29,131 nt of DNA from a virus. Its lineage: Duplodnaviria; Caudoviricetes. The notes under the pieces are model-generated. The model was not told the DNA's origin. It did not search any database and saw nothing but the letters and a program-made list of their open reading frames with translations. The stretch covers positions 1-29,131 of the IMG/VR virus record IMGVR_UViG_3300048861_000060. One strand, written 5' to 3'. The position numbers and the translations under genes were made by a program. The stretch's first letter is position 1; each line of letters starts with the position of its first letter. This document shows, piece by piece, positions 9,719 to 18,687 of the stretch.

Positions 9719-10165
9719 TCAGCTCAGGACGTCGACGGTCGGCGCGACGGCGAGGGTGAACGCCAGTTTTGCCTGGACCTTGTCGTTCTGGGTGAAAGCG
9801 ACGCTCGATATGGTGCCGTACATCAGCGCCGAGAACACCGCGTCAGCCTCCGTGCCGGCGGCGCCGCCCTTGCGGATCTCGACCTGAAAGGGAACCGCCG
9901 GGCTCGCGTTGCAGAGCGTCTCCAGCCCCGTGTAGCCGGTGTCCGGCAGCGTCGGCAGCACGTCGAGGTCGATCGTGATCTTCTTCAGGCCGTAGGCGCC
10001 GGTGGCGTAGCCGCCGGAGCTCTTCGAGCTGGTGTCGATATCGGTCTGCGACCGGTTGATCGTTGCCGTGCCCTGACCGAGCAGGGCCGTGAGCGTGGTG
10101 GCACCGGCCGCGCCGCTCCACAGAAGATAATCATCGCCCAGGAGGACGAGCGAAGGCGTGGTCAT
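9719..10165 (-). CDS. Major tail tube protein
   Basis: 148 aa; IDTSSKSSGGY motif; GGAGA RBS; follows the tail terminator gene. Confidence 0.88.
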   Translation of the reverse strand: MTTPSLVLLGDDYLLWSGAAGATTLTALLGQGTATINRSQTDIDTSSKSSGGYATGAYGLKKITIDLDVLPTLPDTGYTGLETLCNASPAVPFQVEIRKGGAAGTEADAVFSALMYGTISSVAFTQNDKVQAKLAFTLAVAPTVDVLS

Positions 10166-10179
10166 GGGCTTTCTCCAAC

Positions 10180-10203
10180 AAAAAACCCCGCCGAAGCGGG
10201 GTT
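10180..10203 (-). terminator. Intrinsic terminator-like hairpin directly upstream of the tail tube RBS
   Basis: CCCCGC-TTCG-GCGGGG followed by TTTTTTG. Confidence 0.8.
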
Positions 10204-10239
10204 GGTGAGACGGCCTGACGACCGTCAGCGGGGTGGGGG

Positions 10240-10653
10240 CTAGACGTCCTGCGCGAACAGGGTGAAGAGCTGGCTGCCGACATAAGTCGCGCCGTCGTCG
10301 AGGAGCGGGGTCGACATGTTGAGCGCCCGCGGATTGGTCAGCGATGCGCCATCGGCGGCGAGGGGCTGATTATGTAGCGCCGCGCGCACGAGCTCCTGAA
10401 TGGCGCGAACTTGCAGCTTGGTAACGCTCTGCATGCAGACATGGACGGCGAACTCGTGCCGCTCCATCCGGCCAGACTTTGGGCTGTGATCCGTGATCTG
10501 GTCATCACCGAGCAGCACGAACGGGTAAACGACGACCTCCTGATCGCCCGAAGCCTGAACCGGTGGCTCGGTCACGACCGGCGGCATACCGGGAACCGCG
10601 CTGAGCTTGGTAAACACGGCCTTCTGCACGGCGCCCGCGAGATCAGTCATCAC
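10240..10653 (-). CDS. Tail terminator (DUF3168-like)
   Basis: VQKAVF...YPFVLLGDD motif; synteny. Confidence 0.85.
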   Translation of the reverse strand: MMTDLAGAVQKAVFTKLSAVPGMPPVVTEPPVQASGDQEVVVYPFVLLGDDQITDHSPKSGRMERHEFAVHVCMQSVTKLQVRAIQELVRAALHNQPLAADGASLTNPRALNMSTPLLDDGATYVGSQLFTLFAQDV

Positions 10654-11122
10654 CGACTCCCTGCGAAGCGTCCAAGAGGATCTGATCCATCAGCGTCCGG
10701 TAGCCGGGCAGCGAGTCGAGCCGATAAGCGGCTCTAACCGACGTGACGATGTAGAGCGGGGCCATGGCCCGGACGTTCATCTTGTGGCCCGCACGAGGGC
10801 CGCGCTTGATCGGAACCGTTTTCCCCTTCCGGCCGACGTCGAGGATGTGGGCGTAGAAGACGATGTCCTTCTTGGTCAGTTCGCCGACCTTCAGGTTCAG
10901 CGTGACGGGCGTGACGCGCCAGCTGATGCTGTTGCGGGCTAAGCCCGGAGTGCGGTTTGGCCGCGGCGCCGAAAGGACAGGGATCTCCGAGCGCATCTTG
11001 GCGGCAAGCACCGGGCCCGCCGTCTGGAGGAAGGAAACCAGCTGCTTGTTCGCGCTGTCCGGCAGCGCCTTCAGCAGTCGGCGGAAGCTGGCCGCGCCCT
11101 TGATCGTCGAGCGCCGCGCCAT
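10643..11122 (-). CDS. HK97 gp10-like neck/tail protein
   Basis: Start MARRSTIKG at 11122 (TGATG overlap); basic; FYAHILDVG motif. Confidence 0.8.
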   Translation of the reverse strand: MARRSTIKGAASFRRLLKALPDSANKQLVSFLQTAGPVLAAKMRSEIPVLSAPRPNRTPGLARNSISWRVTPVTLNLKVGELTKKDIVFYAHILDVGRKGKTVPIKRGPRAGHKMNVRAMAPLYIVTSVRAAYRLDSLPGYRTLMDQILLDASQGVGDD

Positions 11123-11460
11123 CAGGCCGGCTCGCCCGCGCCGCTCTCCACCGTCATCAGCAGCGCTTCCCAGGTGCCATCCGGATCCGCGCACGTTCTG
11201 ATATTGAGCGCGATGCCCTTCCAGATGAGCCGATGCGCCGGCGTGATTCCTGCGCGATACCGGATGGTCACGCGATAAAACTGGGTGGCCGCGGCGATGC
11301 CCCGGTTGAAGGCCTCGCCTCCGTTAATCGGGATGACCTCGGCTGCAACGCGCTTGGCGACGGTCGACCACGTCTTGACGGTGCCTCCCGCACCATCTGA
11401 CGCGCCTGTAAAGGCCTGGATGTCGACCTTGTGCCGGAGGCGGCCGGCGGCGAGGCTCAT
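11122..11460 (-). CDS. Head closure protein (SPP1 gp16-like)
   Basis: MSLAAGRLRHKV...YRVTIRYRAGIT...; ATGA overlap with the upstream gene. Confidence 0.9.
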   Translation of the reverse strand: MSLAAGRLRHKVDIQAFTGASDGAGGTVKTWSTVAKRVAAEVIPINGGEAFNRGIAAATQFYRVTIRYRAGITPAHRLIWKGIALNIRTCADPDGTWEALLMTVESGAGEPA

Positions 11461-12062
11461 TCCGTTGCCCACTTCCGGATGGAGTTGAGCAGCCACGTCG
11501 ACGAAAGCGGGATCTCGGCTGGCGCGCCGCGCGCATCGACCTGCGTCGCCTCGCGGTTTTTGTACCAGTGTCCCATCATGAGCAGCATGGCCTGCACAAC
11601 GACGGCGGTGTCGTCGGTGCCCAGCGGCGAAACCGTGTAGGAAATCACGATGGGCCCCGGCTCGATGCCGGCGCGCGGCCAGTCGATCGCGGGGCCGACG
11701 CGCGCCGGCACCCGGGTGGCGTCAACAATATAGGTCGACGGATCGAGCGTCTGCTCGGTACCCGTCGGGTCGCGATAGGCAATGCTTTCAACGCTGGAGA
11801 CGGTGCCGCCGGGAAGCTCAATGATGAGCGCATCGGCCTTGCGGGTCTCGACAGGATAGGTCGGAAGCAGGTGATGATGGTGGCCGGGGAAGTGGTCGAG
11901 GGTCAGCGTGGTCGCGACGCCCATGACCGACAGGTTGATCGCCTTTTCACTCGCGCGGCGCGCGGCGGTGATCATGCCGGAGAGGAAGTCGTCCTCGTCC
12001 GTCTCGCTCGGATCGAGGCGCAGGTGCGTCTTGACGATCGCGAGCGAGACGGGCTCGGCCAT
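11457..12062 (-). CDS. Head-tail connector (gp6-like, long form)
   Basis: MAEPVSLAIVKTHLRLD... and AMLLMMGHWYKNRE motifs. Confidence 0.92.
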   Translation of the reverse strand: MAEPVSLAIVKTHLRLDPSETDEDDFLSGMITAARRASEKAINLSVMGVATTLTLDHFPGHHHHLLPTYPVETRKADALIIELPGGTVSSVESIAYRDPTGTEQTLDPSTYIVDATRVPARVGPAIDWPRAGIEPGPIVISYTVSPLGTDDTAVVVQAMLLMMGHWYKNREATQVDARGAPAEIPLSSTWLLNSIRKWATE

Positions 12063-12066
12063 TGGA

Positions 12067-12285
12067 TTACGCCTTCGCCTCGTCGGCGGCGGGCGCCGGC
12101 TGCGGCTCGTTCGCCTCGGCATAGGCGATCGCGTCGCCGTCCTCGTCGCCCCAGCCCTTCGTATCCACCGAAGCGGGGACCGTGATGACGTGGTTGGGCA
12201 GGTGCTCGTCGTGCGCGATGAGGACGCGCACCTTCTTGGTGCCGCCGCGCTTCGCGGGCGCCACGGTGTCGGGATTGGTGGCCAT
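12067..12285 (-). CDS. Small hypothetical protein after the capsid gene
   Basis: 72 aa; GAAGGA RBS; fills the gap between the capsid and connector genes. Confidence 0.75.
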   Translation of the reverse strand: MATNPDTVAPAKRGGTKKVRVLIAHDEHLPNHVITVPASVDTKGWGDEDGDAIAYAEANEPQPAPAADEAKA

Positions 12286-12300
12286 GATGGCATTCCTTCC

Positions 12301-12339
12301 AGAAGAAAGGGGCCGGAACCGCGCGAGCAGCTCCGGCCC
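12301..12339 (-). terminator. Terminator downstream of the major capsid gene
   Basis: 13-bp stem GGGCCGGAGCTGC/GCGGTTCCGGCCC (two G-U pairs), then CTTTCTTCT. Confidence 0.65.
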
Positions 12340-12383
12340 AGGTCACGCCGGCGGAAGGGGACGCACCGCCGACGTCAGGGAGA

Positions 12384-13652
12384 TCAGGTCGCCGAGTTCT
12401 GGTAGTTGGCGACCGGCGCACCGGCGGTGATTAGGTTGCCGTCGGCCCGCGCCCAGGCGAGGAAGCCGATCTGGCCCTTCGACATGAAGGCGCTGTCGTC
12501 GAAGCGGAACAGGGTCACCTCGAGGATATCGCGGATCATGTACGAGCCGAGATCCCCGAACAGGATCGACTTCGCGCTCGCGGCCATCACCGGCATGTGC
12601 TGGTTAATGACATAGGTGTAGCCGTTGAACGTGTCCGGCTCGCGGCCCGCGATGCTGCCCTGGAGGCCGCCCGGCAGCCACAGCGGGCGGCCCTCGGCGT
12701 CCTTCATCTTCTTCAGCGTCTTCAGGGTGGTGTCATGGAACATGAACCCCACCTTGGGCATGGCACGGTAGGCCGGGTCGACCGAATGGATCAGGTCCAT
12801 CAGATCGTCGTAGATGACCGTGGTGGTCTGACCGGTCAGGCCGACCTTGCCGGCAGCCGACGCGGTGACGATACCACGCGGCTGGCTGGTGCCGGTGCCC
12901 ACCGTGAAGTAACGGTTCTGCGAGCGGGCGATGCGGGTGGCGGCAGCCTTGCGGACGTAGGCTTCGACGTCCATGCCGGGACCCTGGTCCATCAGCAGTT
13001 CGATCGGCAGGGTGAAAACCTTCGAGCCGAACTTGTAGGCGCCGATGCCGATCGTGCCGAAGGTGATGTCCTGCGCACTCGCCTGCACGGATTCGGCGAC
13101 GAGTTCGCCCTCCTGCGAGGTTTCGTCGACGGTCGGCCAGGGCAGCGGGTTGCCACCCGACGTCTGAAGGATCTCGGAACGATCCCGCATGCCGCCGAAC
13201 GACTTCAGCGCCTCGATCAGCTCAGCGCCGAAGCCGGTCGGGACTAGGTAGCCACCGGCCGTGCCGTTGGACTGCTGGCCGGACTGCGCCGCCTGCGGGC
13301 GGCCCTGCCGGAGCACGTTGGCCTCGTCATGCGACAGGCCACGCTCGCCGTGGATCAGGAAGTTCTTGAACGCTGCGCGGTACACCACGGCACGCTCGCG
13401 CTGCTCCGGCGGCAGGTTGGCGAGGATGCGGTCCGCATTCTCACGACCCTGCTCGTCGACGACCTTCTCGCCGTCGAGCTTCGCCTGCTTCTCAACCTTG
13501 GTGATCTGGTCGTCGAGCAGATCGATCTCGGCATAGATGCTGTCGACCTTGGCCGAGATCTCCTTCGTGAAGGCATTCGTCGCGGGGTCGAGCAGATTGC
13601 GGGCTTCGAGCGCCAGGGCGGCGCGCTTGTCCCGGAGTTCCTTGATGGTCAT
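12384..13652 (-). CDS. Major capsid protein, HK97 fold with N-terminal delta domain
   Basis: Start MTIKELRDKR at 13652 after GGAGA; GGYLVP, GTGTSQPRGI and LKKMKDAEGRPLW motifs. Confidence 0.96.
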   Translation of the reverse strand: MTIKELRDKRAALALEARNLLDPATNAFTKEISAKVDSIYAEIDLLDDQITKVEKQAKLDGEKVVDEQGRENADRILANLPPEQRERAVVYRAAFKNFLIHGERGLSHDEANVLRQGRPQAAQSGQQSNGTAGGYLVPTGFGAELIEALKSFGGMRDRSEILQTSGGNPLPWPTVDETSQEGELVAESVQASAQDITFGTIGIGAYKFGSKVFTLPIELLMDQGPGMDVEAYVRKAAATRIARSQNRYFTVGTGTSQPRGIVTASAAGKVGLTGQTTTVIYDDLMDLIHSVDPAYRAMPKVGFMFHDTTLKTLKKMKDAEGRPLWLPGGLQGSIAGREPDTFNGYTYVINQHMPVMAASAKSILFGDLGSYMIRDILEVTLFRFDDSAFMSKGQIGFLAWARADGNLITAGAPVANYQNSAT

Positions 13653-13666
13653 GGGGTTTCTCCAAC

Positions 13667-13692
13667 AAAAAAGCCCCGCCGAAGCGGGGCTT
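13667..13692 (-). terminator. Intrinsic terminator-like hairpin directly upstream of the capsid RBS
   Basis: GCCCCGC-TTCG-GCGGGGC followed by TTTTTTG. Confidence 0.8.
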
Positions 13693-13731
13693 GGGTAGGC
13701 GTCCGGGAAGGAGCGCCGCTGATCGGCCGTG

Positions 13732-14466
13732 TTAGGCGGCCGTTCTCTCGTAGAGCCCGCTGCGCGCGAGCAGGCGGGCCCGGTGGCCCTCCAGCTCTTC
13801 GTCGAGGTCGGGCTGTTGTTCGGTGAGGGCCTTCGGCGCCTTGTCATAGACGCCGAGATTGAAGGCGAGGGCCTTGGCCTTCCCCTTGCTCGCGCCGGTC
13901 GTCGGCATGATCGAATCCGCGAAGCCGGCGTCGACCGCCTCCTGCGCGGAGAACCACGTCTCGGCGGTCATCCAGGCGACGATGTCGTCGACCGACTTGC
14001 CGCTGCGGGCCGCGTAGTCCGCGACGAGCGCGCCGTCGATTTTGTCGAGCAAATCGGCCGTGGTGCGGAAGTCGTCGGAGTTGCCGAGAGCCAACGACCA
14101 AGCCTTGTGGATCATGTAGAAACCGCCCTCGGCGATTTGCACATTGTCGGCAGCCAGCGCGATCACGCTGCCGGCCGAAGCGGCGAGGCCGTCGATCTTG
14201 GCCGTGATGTTGGCCGGGTGGCTGGCCAGCTGCGACATGATCGCGCGGGCCTCGAACACGTCCCCGCCAGGGGTGTTGATCCGCATGTCGATGTTGGGCG
14301 TCGTGATGCCCTGAAGCGTCGCGGCGACGTCGGCCGCCGACACGCCCCAATAGGCGTCGATGACGTCGTAGATGTAGATCGTGGCGGTATCGTCGGACAC
14401 CTCCGAGCGGATGCCCGCGCCACGCCCGGCATTGTCCCGGGCAAGGTTGAACAGCTTACGATGCAT
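13732..14466 (-). CDS. ClpP-like prohead maturation protease
   Basis: INTPGGDVFE, DGLAASAGS, MIH and ETWFSAQEA motifs; start MHRKLF overlaps the portal stop. Confidence 0.93.
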   Translation of the reverse strand: MHRKLFNLARDNAGRGAGIRSEVSDDTATIYIYDVIDAYWGVSAADVAATLQGITTPNIDMRINTPGGDVFEARAIMSQLASHPANITAKIDGLAASAGSVIALAADNVQIAEGGFYMIHKAWSLALGNSDDFRTTADLLDKIDGALVADYAARSGKSVDDIVAWMTAETWFSAQEAVDAGFADSIMPTTGASKGKAKALAFNLGVYDKAPKALTEQQPDLDEELEGHRARLLARSGLYERTAA

Positions 14467-15754
14467 TGCCCAGATCCTTTTCAGGCTGGACCAGCGGTTG
14501 CCCCGGGACGGGGGCGCCGGTCGGTGAGTAAATCGTGTCGGCGTCGGGGGCGTCGCTGGGCGGCAGGCCGACCATCCGGCGCGCGTCGTTCTGATGGAGC
14601 CAGCCCGGCAGCTGGTTGCCGCCGAGGCCTGCACGGAGATAGTCGGCGATCGACTTGCTATCGCCGCCGAGCAGGTGGTCGCTGTCGAAGGAGACGAAGA
14701 ATTTCGAGCGCTTGGCGCCGACGATCGGGAACAGCTTGCGGCTGAACTCCTTGGCCATGCGGATCTTGTGGGGCAGCACGGTGTAACGATCGAAGCCGAG
14801 GCTCATCTGCTCGACGCCGGTCCCCCATGACGAGCTCTTGTCCACCTCGCCGATCATGTGAGGGGGGACACCGAACACTCGGGCGACATCGATCGCGGAA
14901 TAGGACAGCAGCTCGAGCAGCTGCGCGTCCTTCGCAGTGATCGAGACCCGCTTCCAGTCGGCCCCGTTCTCGAGGATCAGAGGGTTGTGGGCATTGCTGA
15001 CCCCAGCCGCCCGCTTGCGGATATATTCCTTGAAGTCAGCCCGCTGCTCTTTGGTGATCGCGCCGGCGAAGTTGAAATAGTCGTTGGTCAGCAGGCCACG
15101 TTCGAACTGGCTCGCGGTATAGTCGCGCGTCGCGAGACCAACACCGATCGACTGTGCGTGGTGCTCGATCGTCGAGAGCGCGCGGAGCCCGTCATAGGTC
15201 TGGCCGGGCCCCTTGAAATGGAGCACGCGGCCAGCGTCGATGAATTCGGTCGAGCCGTCCAGATTGACGAAGCGGTACCACTTCGACTTGCCCGACCAGT
15301 AGGGCGTCACGCGGCTTGGGTGGAAATAGTCGACGTCGTGGATCACGCCATTGCCGGCCTGGCGGATGACCGCATAGCCATTGCCGCGCAGCATCATCGA
15401 CATGCCCTGAAGCTCGACGAACTCGGGCGCGGAAGTGTCGTCGTTGGATTCGTCGAGAAGGAAGCGGGCGAGGGGATGGTCGTCGAGGCGCTTCTTATCG
15501 CCGCTCGGCAGACGCTCGTAGATCCCGATCGGGTTGCACATCATGGCGCCGGCGATCAGCGTCACGCAGCGCCACACCGCCGAAAGCCGCATGGCGGTCT
15601 CCGGCGTCACGTTCATGCCGGCTGCGCGCTGGCCGCCGCCGAACCACTCCATCATGGCGCCGTCGCCGCCGCCCTGGATGATCGTGCCGCTGTCGATTCC
15701 GGCGTTGACCTGAGGCGCGGCGGACACATCGCGACCGAACGCGATCCTACTCAC
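14456..15754 (-). CDS. Portal protein (HK97 family)
   Basis: SAVWRCVTLIA, GNGY, KDAQLLE and VARVFGVPPHMIG motifs; GTGA overlap with TerL. Confidence 0.96.
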   Translation of the reverse strand: MSRIAFGRDVSAAPQVNAGIDSGTIIQGGGDGAMMEWFGGGQRAAGMNVTPETAMRLSAVWRCVTLIAGAMMCNPIGIYERLPSGDKKRLDDHPLARFLLDESNDDTSAPEFVELQGMSMMLRGNGYAVIRQAGNGVIHDVDYFHPSRVTPYWSGKSKWYRFVNLDGSTEFIDAGRVLHFKGPGQTYDGLRALSTIEHHAQSIGVGLATRDYTASQFERGLLTNDYFNFAGAITKEQRADFKEYIRKRAAGVSNAHNPLILENGADWKRVSITAKDAQLLELLSYSAIDVARVFGVPPHMIGEVDKSSSWGTGVEQMSLGFDRYTVLPHKIRMAKEFSRKLFPIVGAKRSKFFVSFDSDHLLGGDSKSIADYLRAGLGGNQLPGWLHQNDARRMVGLPPSDAPDADTIYSPTGAPVPGQPLVQPEKDLGNAS

Positions 15755-17340
15755 TCGCCATCCTCATCGTCGTCGAGGTCGACGAAGAACGAACCTTCAT
15801 AGGGCGTCTCCTCGACCGGTACGCCTGCGACACCCATGGCCATGACCAGCGCGACCATGCCGTCGATGCGGCCGGTCGACTTCGCCTTGTCCAGCTTCCG
15901 GTTGCCGGCAGGATCCTTGATGACGACCGCGTTGGCGGCGCACATCATGAGAACGGGATTGGCGCCGTGGCGCACCTTCTCGTTCAAAAACGCGATTTCC
16001 GTCGTGTCCATGGCGGGCGCCATCGACGCATAGCCCTGGCCGAACGGTTCGAACGGCAGGGTCACGCTCAGCTTCTGCATCTGGGCTTCGAGCGTCTTGA
16101 AGCGGAACCGGTCGTATCCGATCTTCGCGACCGGTAGCCCTTCGCAGATGTCCGCGATCTTCCGCGCGATGTACTCGTAATCGACCGCGACGCCGGGCAC
16201 CGCCTCGATGAAGCCTTGGTCGGCCCACACATCGTAAGGCGCCCGGTCGCGCTTGGCATGGTCCGCGAGGGTGTTGGCCGGCTTCCAGAACCACGCTTTG
16301 ACGTGCCAGCGGCCTTCCTTGTCCTTCGCGATCAGAACGAACGCGCAAAGGTCGGTCGTCTCGGCGAGATCGAGGCCGCCGAACACCTCGCCAGTCCGGA
16401 AGACGTCGTCATCGACGTCGCCGTTGTTGGCGCCCCAGATGTTCGGGCCGAGGAACGGCGAGAAACGGTTGACCCGTTGATTCAGGTAGAGGTTGCGGAA
16501 GCCGTTCTCGAAGGAGGGCATCCGGTCGGCCTTCTCGGCCGCTGCGCTCAGCTCCACCTGGCTCCGGAACAAGCCCAGCGCCGGGTTGGCGGCTGCCTGG
16601 GCATCAACATCCGACACGTCGCACCCCGCGGGGCCTTCGTAGACGTGGCAGACAATCTTCGGATCCTTCGACCGCTTGGCGTCGTCGATCCGGATGCTGA
16701 GCATGTCGGCATCGGTCGGTGCCTGGGTTGAAATGATGATCTTGAGCGCGTCGTCGTAGGCGCCCTGCGCCGTCTCGATCGCCTCGATGAAATCGTCTTG
16801 CGGCCCGCGGACCTGCCCCATCTCGTCGAAGATCGCGAGGACGGGGGAGAGGCCGTGCGCGGTCGAACCGTCGGCGGCGAGGGCCCGGTATTCGACGTTG
16901 AGCGCCAGGCCGATCAGCCGCTTGCCGGATGGGACGATGCGGACCAGCTTCGAAAGGTCTGGACTGAGCGCGATCATCTTCGCCGCGAGGTTGAAGACGA
17001 GGGCGGCCTGGTCCCGCGATCGCGCCCCGGAGACGATCTGGCTGTTGAGCCGGGCCTCCGGGCCGGCAATGTGCGCGAGCATGATGCACGCGATGAGAGC
17101 GGACTTCCCGTTCTTGCGGGCGATGGAGAGGATTCCCTCCGTCGTGCCCGCCGGGTTGTCGTAGACCTCGAGGATGAACCTCTTCTGGAAGGGCACCAGC
17201 CGGACGGGCTGGCCGACCAGCTTCCCCTCGGGGACTTTGCAATATCGATGAATGAATTCGATTACCCGCTCGCCACGGGTGAGTTTGGCTACAGGAGCAC
17301 GACCCGCCTGTCCTTTTTGCGGTTGTTCTCGTGCGACCAC
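15751..17340 (-). CDS. terL: Terminase large subunit
   Basis: Walker A ARKNGKS, Walker B IFDE, nuclease GLDL and RIDG motifs; GAGG before GTG 17340. Confidence 0.96.
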   Translation of the reverse strand: MVAREQPQKGQAGRAPVAKLTRGERVIEFIHRYCKVPEGKLVGQPVRLVPFQKRFILEVYDNPAGTTEGILSIARKNGKSALIACIMLAHIAGPEARLNSQIVSGARSRDQAALVFNLAAKMIALSPDLSKLVRIVPSGKRLIGLALNVEYRALAADGSTAHGLSPVLAIFDEMGQVRGPQDDFIEAIETAQGAYDDALKIIISTQAPTDADMLSIRIDDAKRSKDPKIVCHVYEGPAGCDVSDVDAQAAANPALGLFRSQVELSAAAEKADRMPSFENGFRNLYLNQRVNRFSPFLGPNIWGANNGDVDDDVFRTGEVFGGLDLAETTDLCAFVLIAKDKEGRWHVKAWFWKPANTLADHAKRDRAPYDVWADQGFIEAVPGVAVDYEYIARKIADICEGLPVAKIGYDRFRFKTLEAQMQKLSVTLPFEPFGQGYASMAPAMDTTEIAFLNEKVRHGANPVLMMCAANAVVIKDPAGNRKLDKAKSTGRIDGMVALVMAMGVAGVPVEETPYEGSFFVDLDDDEDGE

Positions 17341-17912
17341 ATCGGCCTCAGATTTGATAGCTGGTTCAGCGCGATGACATCCGCTTCACTCTTAGCCATG
17401 CTGACGGGGAGGACATGATCCACCTGCCAGCGGTCCATGTTTCGCCAGCCCATCCCGATAGGAAACTGGCGTTCGATATGCTTGACGAACTCGGCGGGAG
17501 TGTAGCCGAGCTGCTCGAAGGTGGGCGACGTCTTGATAGCCCCGACCTGGCGGAGAGCGTGGCGATGGAGCCGGCTCAGCCTAGCCTGCATCGCTATGAC
17601 CGGATCCGTTTTCCGTCGCGCGCGCTGGCGGCGCCGATTGTCGTCCAATCTCCGCAGGCGTTCCTCCGCGGGAAGCGTCTTTGCCACCTGAGTTAAAGCC
17701 GCGACTTCGCGATGCAGACAGCCACACGAGCGCGTCTTGTGCGGCGTCGCTGTCGCCGTGATCTTCCCGCAATCGCAGGCCGCCTCCCACACGTTGTGGC
17801 GGTGCGAATCTATCTTCAGGACACGCAGGAAGAGCAGCCTGCCGTTCCGCGTCCCCGTCCGATCCTTGAATCTGGTCCCACGACCCGTGGCAGCATCAAC
17901 ACCCTTCGGCAT
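17289..17912 (-). CDS. Free-standing HNH (homing-type) endonuclease with an N-terminal CDCG/SCGC domain
   Basis: DRTGTRNGRL...WEAACDCG...SCGC N-terminus; WQVDHVLP...NLRPMWSHENNRK His-Me finger; inserted between terS and terL. Confidence 0.85.
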   Translation of the reverse strand: MPKGVDAATGRGTRFKDRTGTRNGRLLFLRVLKIDSHRHNVWEAACDCGKITATATPHKTRSCGCLHREVAALTQVAKTLPAEERLRRLDDNRRRQRARRKTDPVIAMQARLSRLHRHALRQVGAIKTSPTFEQLGYTPAEFVKHIERQFPIGMGWRNMDRWQVDHVLPVSMAKSEADVIALNQLSNLRPMWSHENNRKKDRRVVLL

Positions 17913-17954
17913 CAAAACACGTTACGGCGGCGCGCTGGCGACTTCAATTCTTTC

Positions 17955-18050
17955 GGGTGCTCCGCCAAAGCGTGGGCCTTGGCGGAACACCCTAGGTTAG
18001 AAGCCTTCGGGAGGCCGAAAGCATCTGACCACCCGACCGTGCGAGCCGGG
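17955..18050 (-). ncRNA. Candidate structured RNA: three back-to-back hairpins upstream of the HNH gene
   Basis: Hairpins at 18032-18050, 17995-18030 and 17955-17992 (16 bp); G-U pairs favour the minus strand in two of the three. Confidence 0.45.
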
Positions 18051-18057
18051 GCACCCC

Positions 18058-18525
18058 TCAATTCAGACTTGGCCGGGCGAGCAGCCCATCATCGTCATCC
18101 GCCATCGGATTGTGGCCGCCCTCAATATCCTTCTGGTGCTCGCGCCGCCTGTTGACGTCGCGCTGCTCACCGTTCTTCGAGCGGTTGTCCAAGCCCAGCG
18201 CGCGGCGGAGGGTCACTATCCGGCGCGCAAGCTTGTCCGAGAACTCGACCATCTGGATCAGTAACGTGATCTGGACGTTCCCGCCCTTGTCGACCGGGAA
18301 GGCCGCGATCTTTTCGGCGTCCGCCATGGCCCGCGCGAGGTTCGCGGCGACGGCCAGATCTGCGTCCGTCCATTCGCTCTTCGCCCGCTCAGCTATGACC
18401 GCATCCCAGAAGGGAAGGTCGCCGCGCCGAAGCTTCAGATGCTTCGGCGGGGAAAGGTCGCGGGCGGCTTTCGCCATCGTTGCGACCGCGCCGGTCGCAC
18501 TGTCGATGCGCTGGCGTCGGGCCAT
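18058..18525 (-). CDS. terS: Terminase small subunit
   Basis: MARRQRIDS...PPKHLKL...FWDAV; position downstream of the HNH gene and cos-like region; G-run RBS. Confidence 0.85.
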   Translation of the reverse strand: MARRQRIDSATGAVATMAKAARDLSPPKHLKLRRGDLPFWDAVIAERAKSEWTDADLAVAANLARAMADAEKIAAFPVDKGGNVQITLLIQMVEFSDKLARRIVTLRRALGLDNRSKNGEQRDVNRRREHQKDIEGGHNPMADDDDGLLARPSLN

Positions 18526-18559
18526 GGTCACCCCCCCCGTCCGGGCCGAAAACGACCCG

Positions 18560-18640
18560 GAGCAAAAACTGTATTAGCGATTGAAAAAATGGACCACGCG
18601 GTGTCCGGGCCGACCGGGTCGCAACTTTCGACCCCCGGGC
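18560..18640 (-). other. Predicted cos packaging region
   Basis: Non-coding gap between the gp74-like HNH gene and terS, where HK97-type phages have cos; contains GGGGGTCGAAAGT...GGACACCGCG followed by T-runs. The exact cut site cannot be determined. Confidence 0.5.
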
Positions 18641-18687
18641 CCTCATTTTGTTGCGCGATGGTCGTCCCCGGCTGCCGCGGTGACTGT

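Noticed and set aside
12384-13847. Extended starts in the ORF track (capsid 13847, protease 14634, connector 12293, initiator 24776, toxin 19586)
   Set aside because: The extensions overlap neighbouring genes or lack an RBS; downstream starts with an RBS or stop/start coupling fit better.
4565-17340. Gene transfer agent cluster
   Set aside because: Some genes are GTA-like, but linked replication, MTase, HNH/cos packaging and a long tape measure gene indicate a true prophage.
17951-18057. HDV-like ribozyme or group I intron reading of the structured segment
   Set aside because: A partial P1/P2/P3 pairing can be drawn, but the catalytic J4/2 C-x-A-A strand is missing; no group I P7 core was recognised, and TerL is uninterrupted.
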